Below are positions 58,759 through 64,000 of a DNA stretch of 64,000 nt, in pieces (position 1 is the stretch's first letter; each line of letters opens with the position of its first letter). This DNA comes from Macrostomum lignano (Eukaryota), in assembly GCA_002269645.1 (NCBI GenBank), contig NIVC01001626.1:124001-188000 (forward strand), read 5' to 3'. The position numbers and the translations under genes are program-made. The notes beneath the pieces were generated by a model. It did no database searches and was not told the DNA's origin. It was given only the letters and a program-made list of their open reading frames with translations.

Positions 58759-61700
58759 TCAGAAAGAGTTGTGCTTCCGGTGGCCGTAGAACTGCTGCCA
58801 GCCGGCGCAGCTCGAGTTTCGCCGCTGCCGCCGCTTCCTCTCCTCCATGTAGCGGGAGATCCAGCAGCGGGAGGTCACGCTGGACTTTTGTTGCCCGCCG
58901 CCTCCCCGCCTGGCGCCTCCGCGACCTGCGGGCGCTTCGATTTTGGTGGTGGCGGCGGCTGCGGCGGCGGGGTCCTCGCCATCGCTGACGTAGTCCTCTG
59001 GGAACTCGGTGCACGGCGGCAGCTCCAGGACCCGGCCGGTGCGCTTGTCCCGGAGGCAGCGGCAGGGCCGGCGGCCACGGAATCGGCACTCGTAGCGAAT
59101 GTCCTCCTGGGTCACCGGCTCCAGCGGGTAGCCGAAGCGAACCTGAGTTGGCGGGTCAGGGAGGCAGTAGGTCAGCTGGATGGTGGGTCAGTGAGTCAGC
59201 TTGATGGTGGGGTTAGTCGATCATCTGGTTGGTGGGTCAGTGGGTCAGCTGGTTGGTGGGTCAGTTCGTCAGCTGGATGGTGGGTCAGCTGGATGGTGGG
59301 TCAGTGGGTCAGCTGGATGGTGGGTCAGCTGGATGGTAGGTCAGTAGGTCAGCTGGTTTGTAGGCCAGTGGGTCAGCTAGATGGTGGGGTTAGTGGGTCA
59401 GCTGGATGGTGGGTCAGTGTGTCAGCTGGATGGTGGGTCAGCTGGATGGTGGGTCAGTGGGTCAGCTGGATGTTGGGTCAGTGGGTCAGCCGGATGGTGG
59501 GTCAGTGGGTCAGCTGGATGGTGGGTCAGTGGGTTAGCTGGATGGTGGGATTAGTGGGTCAGCATGATGGTGGGTCAGTGGGTCAGCTGGATGTTGGGTC
59601 AGTGGGTCAGCCGGATGGTGGGTCAGTGGGTCAGCTGGATGGTGGGTCAGTGGGTCAGCTGGATGGTGGGTCAGTGGGTCAACTGGATGGTGGGATTAGT
59701 GGGTCAGCTGGATGGTGGGTCAGTGGGTCAGCTGGATGTTGGGTCAGTGGGTCAGCCGGATGGTGGGTCAGTGGGTCAGCTGGATGGTGGGTCAGTGGGT
59801 CAGCTGGATGGTGGGATTAGTGGGTCAGCTGGATGGTGGGTCAGTGGGTCAGCTGGATGTTGGGTCAGTGGGTCAGCCGGATGGTGGGTCAGTGGGTCAG
59901 CTGGATGGTGGGTCAGTGGGTCAGCTGGATGGTGGGATTAGTGGGTCAGCTGGATGGTGGGATTAGTGGGTCAGCCGGATGGTGGGTCAGTGGGTCAGCT
60001 GGATGTTGGGTCAGTGGGTCAGCCGGATGGTGGGTCAGTGGGTCAGCTGGATGGTGGGTCAGTGGGTCAGCTGGATGGTGGGATTAGTGGGTCAGCTGGA
60101 TGGTGGGTCAGTGGGTCAGCTGGATGTTGGGTCAGTGGGTCAGCCGGATGGTGGGTCAGTGGGTCAGCTGGATGGTGGGTCAGTGGGTCAGCTGGATGGT
60201 GGGATTAGTGGGTCAGCTGGATGGTGGGATTAGTGGGTCAGCTGGATGGTGGGTCAGTGGGTCAGCTAGATGTTTGGTCAGTGGGTCAGATGGATGGTGG
60301 GTCAGCTGAATGGTGGGTCAGCTGAATGGTGGGTCAGCTGGATGGTGGGTCAGCTGGATGTTGGGTCAGCTGGATGGTGGGTCAGTGGGTCAGCTAGATG
60401 TTTGGTCAGTGGGTCAGCTGAATGGTGGGTCAGTGGGTCAGATGGATGGTGGGTCAGCTGAATGGTGGGTCAGCTGGATGTTGGATCAGCTGGTTGTTGG
60501 ATCAGTGAGTGATCAGCTGGCTCAAACGACTTGTGGGTCAGCTGAAAAGGTCAGAGCAAACAAAGCCGAGCTCTAACCTGCAGGAAGTAGGGATAGGGCA
60601 CTCGGTTCTGCGAGTGCAGCCACCACAGGGTGAAGGCGTCAACGCCGGACTCCTTGGCCAGCTGCTCCCTGCAGTGGTAGCATCGGGCCGTCAGGTAGTT
60701 GGGCAGGTCAGACCTGCTCAGGTAGTCGCACCTGCGGCAGGCGATAGCGAATAGGGAGTTTCTATGATTCTGACCGCTTGTGCATTGATGACTTGAGAAT
60801 TTAGGATGGCAAAGATGTCAGGAGATGAAATGTAATAATGACAGTTATGGCATACTGACAACACCACAGGAATCGCAGACAAGATGCCTGATTACATGAC
60901 AAGAACCTCAGATTACATGACACGAATCTTGGAACGCATGTCAAGAATCTCAGATTACATGACAAGAATCTCAGATTAAATGACAAGAATGTCAGATTAT
61001 ATGACAAGAATGTCACATTACATGACAAGAATGTCACATTACATGACAAGAATGTCGGATTACATGACAAGAATGTCAGATTATATGACAAGAATGTCAC
61101 ATTACATGACAAGAATGTCACATTACATGACAAGAATGTCACAATACATGACAGGAACCTCAGATTACATGACAAAAATGTCACAATACATGACAAGAAC
61201 CTCAGATTACACTACACGGCAAGAATTTCCGGTCCCACTTCCGCAGCAACCAAGCCCCTCACTTGTCATGCCACCGGCACTCCTGTAGGACCGGCAGGTG
61301 GGGCCGCAGCCCCAGAACAGCTCGCTAGGCGGGGCCTCCACCGGCACCAGCACGCAGTCGACATCGTCGTGGTTCGGCTGCCTCGGCCCGGCGCAGATCC
61401 TCTCGTAGGTGCAGTCCCGCAGCCGCTGCCGCTCCTCCGCTTCCTGCCTCTGCTTGGCCAGCGCGTCCAGCTTCCTGCTGAGCAGGTCGCAGTCCAGCTG
61501 GTGCGAGAGCAGCGGATTCTGCGGCTGGCCTGGAGCTGCGGCGACGGTGGCAGGGGCGACGGTCGGGGCGGCAGCGGGGGCGGCAGCGGCGGTGGGAGGA
61601 GCGGCGGCAGTGGGCGCGGCGGACACGGGCGGCGAGCCCCGGTTGTTGCCGCCGCCAGAGCTGCCAGCGCCGCCGCCATTGCCGCCGCCGCCGGCCGGGT

Positions 61701-63808
61701 AGTCACGGCTGGCCTGGCGGGAGGTGCCCGTCCGCTCGCTGCTGCTCTGCGTGTCCAACTGCTGCTGAGGCTGCGGCTGCGGGCTGGGCGGCTGGGCCCA
61801 GCCGAGCTTGGTGCACAGCTCCTGGTAGTCGCGGACCCGCCCGTTTTGAGTCGGATGGCCCAGGAATGCGAATGCGATGCGCCTGGCCAGGGCCTCTTCG
61901 TCCTGAGTGCCGCACACCTGCGGGCGAGGGGAGGAGAGTCGGAAGTGCGGCTGGCTGCATCGGGATGCTGGATTTTGGGAGGCAGGGTTCGGAACACTTG
62001 GAATATTTGGGATCAGTGTCCCTGGGATATTTGGGATCAGAGTCCCTGGGATATTTGGGATCAGAGTCCCTGGGAATTTGGGATCAGAATCTTTGGGATA
62101 TTTGGGATCGGAGTCTCTGGGATATTTGGGATCAGAGTCCCTGGGATATTTGGGATCAGAATCTTTGGGATATTTGGGATCAGAATCCCTGGGATATTTG
62201 GGATCAGAATCTTTGGGATATTTGGGATCAGAATCCTTGGGATATTTGGGATCAGAATCTTTGGGATATTTGGGATCAGAATCCCTGGGATATTTGGGAT
62301 CAGAATCCTTGGGATATTTGGGATCAGAATCTTTGGGATATTTGGGATCAGAATCCCTGGGATATTTGGGATCAGAATCCCTGCGATTATTGGGATCAAA
62401 AGCCATGGGATACTTGGGATAAAACTCCTCTTGGATACTGAGGAACACCCCAGCCGAGTAGCGCAGGTTGCCACCCACCTGGTCTTCCACAAACTGCCTG
62501 GCGATGGCCCTGGGCTGGCAGTAGCGCTGCTCAGTCAGCTGCACATTCACGTTGCGCAGGATGTGCCGCTCGTCAAACCAGACCTTCAGATGGCAGTTCC
62601 AGCGGCCGAGTCCGATGTACTGCAGCTCGGTGTCCAGGAACTGCAGGCTCTCCTGCCTGTCCTGGGCCGGCGGGCCGTGCAGCCGCTCCAACTCGCGCAG
62701 GTCCAGCAGCGAACGCTTGCCGTCCTCAGCCTCTTCTTCATCCTCGTCTTCGACCTCGTCGTCGATCAGCTCGCCGGCGTTAGCAGCCGCGGCGGCCGAG
62801 GCGGAGGCGTCGACGGCTGGCGCTGCCGCGGCCGTCTCGATGACTTCGTTAGCGGAGGCGACAGCGGCCTGAGGCGCGGCCAATGAAGCTGCTGCTGCAG
62901 AGTCCGTGACATCGGCGCCGTTCGTTGCGGCACCAGGCATGGCGCCACCGGCAGCACCGCTGTCGACGGGGACGCAGCCAACGCCACCGCCGCCGGCGTG
63001 CTCTGCGACCGCGGCGCTGCCGCTGCCGAGACACGGCACGATGGCCACGGCGGCTGCGGACTTCTGCGGTGGTGGCGGGTGAATGAGACAACTGCTATCA
63101 GATGGCTGAGTCAATATCTCAGTTGCAGCGGATCTACATGTAGAGATCTCAGGAGAGATTCATTGAGATGGATTAATCTTAAATGAGACAGCTCAAGAGC
63201 TTTTGGTCTCCATGGAGATTAGCTGCGGCAAACAGAGGGATGTCACTGTCACTGAGGGTCAGATCTCAGGAGAGATATTTGGAGAGTCAAGTCTCAGGAG
63301 AGATATTCGCAGAGTCAAGCCTCAGGTGAGATATTTGGAGAGTCAAGTCTCAGGTCAGATATTCGGAGTCAAGTCTCAGGTGAGATATTTGGAGAGTCCA
63401 GTCTCAGGTGAGATATTTGGAGAGTCAAGTGTCAGGTGAGATATTCGGAGGAGAGTCAAGTCTCAGGTGAGATATTCGGAGGAGAGTCAAGTCTCAGGTG
63501 AGATATTCGGAGGAGAGTCAAGTGTCAGGTGAGATATTCGGAGGAGAGTCAAGTCTCAGGTGAGATATTCGGAGGAGAGTCAAGTCTCAGGTGAGATATT
63601 CGGAGGAGAGTCAAGTCTCAGGTGAGATATTCGGAGGAGAGTCAAGTCTCAGATGTCTCACCTGCGCAATGTCCTCCTCCGCAACGGAGCCGGGCCAGGT
63701 GGCGCAGCGGTTGCCCAGCATGCCCTGTCCGCCCGCCGTCGCGGGCGTCGCTGCTTCGTCAATGCCGCCGGCGCCCGCGCCGCCAGCAAGGGAGATGCCG
63801 CCGCTCAT
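58759..63808 (-). CDS. Uncharacterised multi-exon protein; probable exons 63808(or upstream)-63662, 63063-62479, 61917-~61292, 60731-60578, 59142-58759
   Basis: GC3-biased segments are bounded by GT-AG sites and separated by minisatellite introns. Cys-rich C-terminal part (ARCYHC, ECRF..PCRC). The donor at ~61292 is non-consensus, the start is uncertain and no family was recognised. Confidence 0.6.
59155..60545. repeat. GT-rich intronic minisatellite (ggtgggtcagtgggtcagctggat) with ~121-bp higher-order repeats
   Basis: Direct reading. Confidence 0.93.
60885..61210. repeat. 21-bp intronic minisatellite (gacaagaatgtcacattacat)
   Basis: Direct reading. Confidence 0.92.
61995..62430. repeat. 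24-bp minisatellite (ttgggatcagaatctttgggatat)
   Basis: Direct reading; stop-free on the minus strand as (DSDPKYPK)n. Confidence 0.93.
63255..63655. repeat. ~31-bp intronic minisatellite (gtcaagtctcaggtgagatattcggaggaga)
   Basis: Direct reading. Confidence 0.92.
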
Positions 63809-64000
63809 GATTGGCTGGCCGCTGCTGCTGACAAGGACGCAGCCGCCGGAGACCTCAAAGCCGCCGGCGACGCTGTCGACGCCCCCTGGCCGGAGGAAGC
63901 GGCGGTGGTGGCCGAGGCCAGGCTGGTGTAGTCCGAGGCCTCCGAGCAGCGGCAGTAGACAGCGTCAGACAGCGTCCTGGCCGGGTCCTTCGGCCGCTTC

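Noticed and set aside
469-60461. Repetitive ORFs in the six-frame track (e.g. TTNPPCVRTQL, LIRSTG, DRVTRLP, MGFGICA, ALAEVVAG)
   Set aside because: They are translations of minisatellites, open in several frames or on both strands, and often lie inside introns of real genes.
5404-60545. 6-bp palindromes (AGATCT, AAGCTT, GATATC, TTCGAA, GTGCAC, CAGCTG, CCATGG) in many minisatellite units
   Set aside because: With 20-50-bp units a sizeable fraction is expected by chance, and the excess is not convincing without a formal test.
58771-62886. Long plus-strand ORFs (349 aa at 58771, 505 aa at 61369)
   Set aside because: They are antisense shadows of GC3-rich minus-strand exons run together with stop-free repeats.
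533-63655. CRISPR-like appearance of the many short repeat arrays
   Set aside because: Units are head-to-tail with no unique spacers, there are no cas genes, and the context is eukaryotic and intron-rich.

Overview
This is eukaryotic (animal) genomic DNA, not prokaryotic: GC-rich spliced genes with GT-AG introns, about 30 distinct micro/minisatellite arrays and many transposon remnants. The likely source is a Macrostomum-type free-living flatworm. That is inferred from a near-perfect match to the Macrostomum spliced-leader (SL) exon as I recall it. Genes supported by manual exon joining: an Argos/giant-lens-like secreted protein (-), mitochondrial ATP synthase gamma (first exon not found), EDEM1, RPL37, an EFCAB14-like membrane protein, a phospholipid scramblase (-) with an intronless RPL18A nested antisense in its second intron, a PAN/apple + LamG-like secreted protein, an uncharacterised multi-exon gene at the right end, and tRNA-Glu(CTC). 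Mobile elements: a full-length Ty3/Gypsy retrotransposon, a decayed mariner, a hAT-like MITE, a Merlin (IS1595-like) deletion derivative, a 2-kb foldback element and a 967-bp solo LTR. The top candidate for a new system is that solo LTR. It carries a copy of the host SL exon 26 nt downstream of a TATA-like box, suggesting a retrotransposon whose transcripts begin with a built-in SL mimic. Second is a perfect 110-bp-arm palindrome carrying a minimal hammerhead-ribozyme motif on each strand. All coordinates were counted by hand; boundaries of degenerate repeats are approximate.
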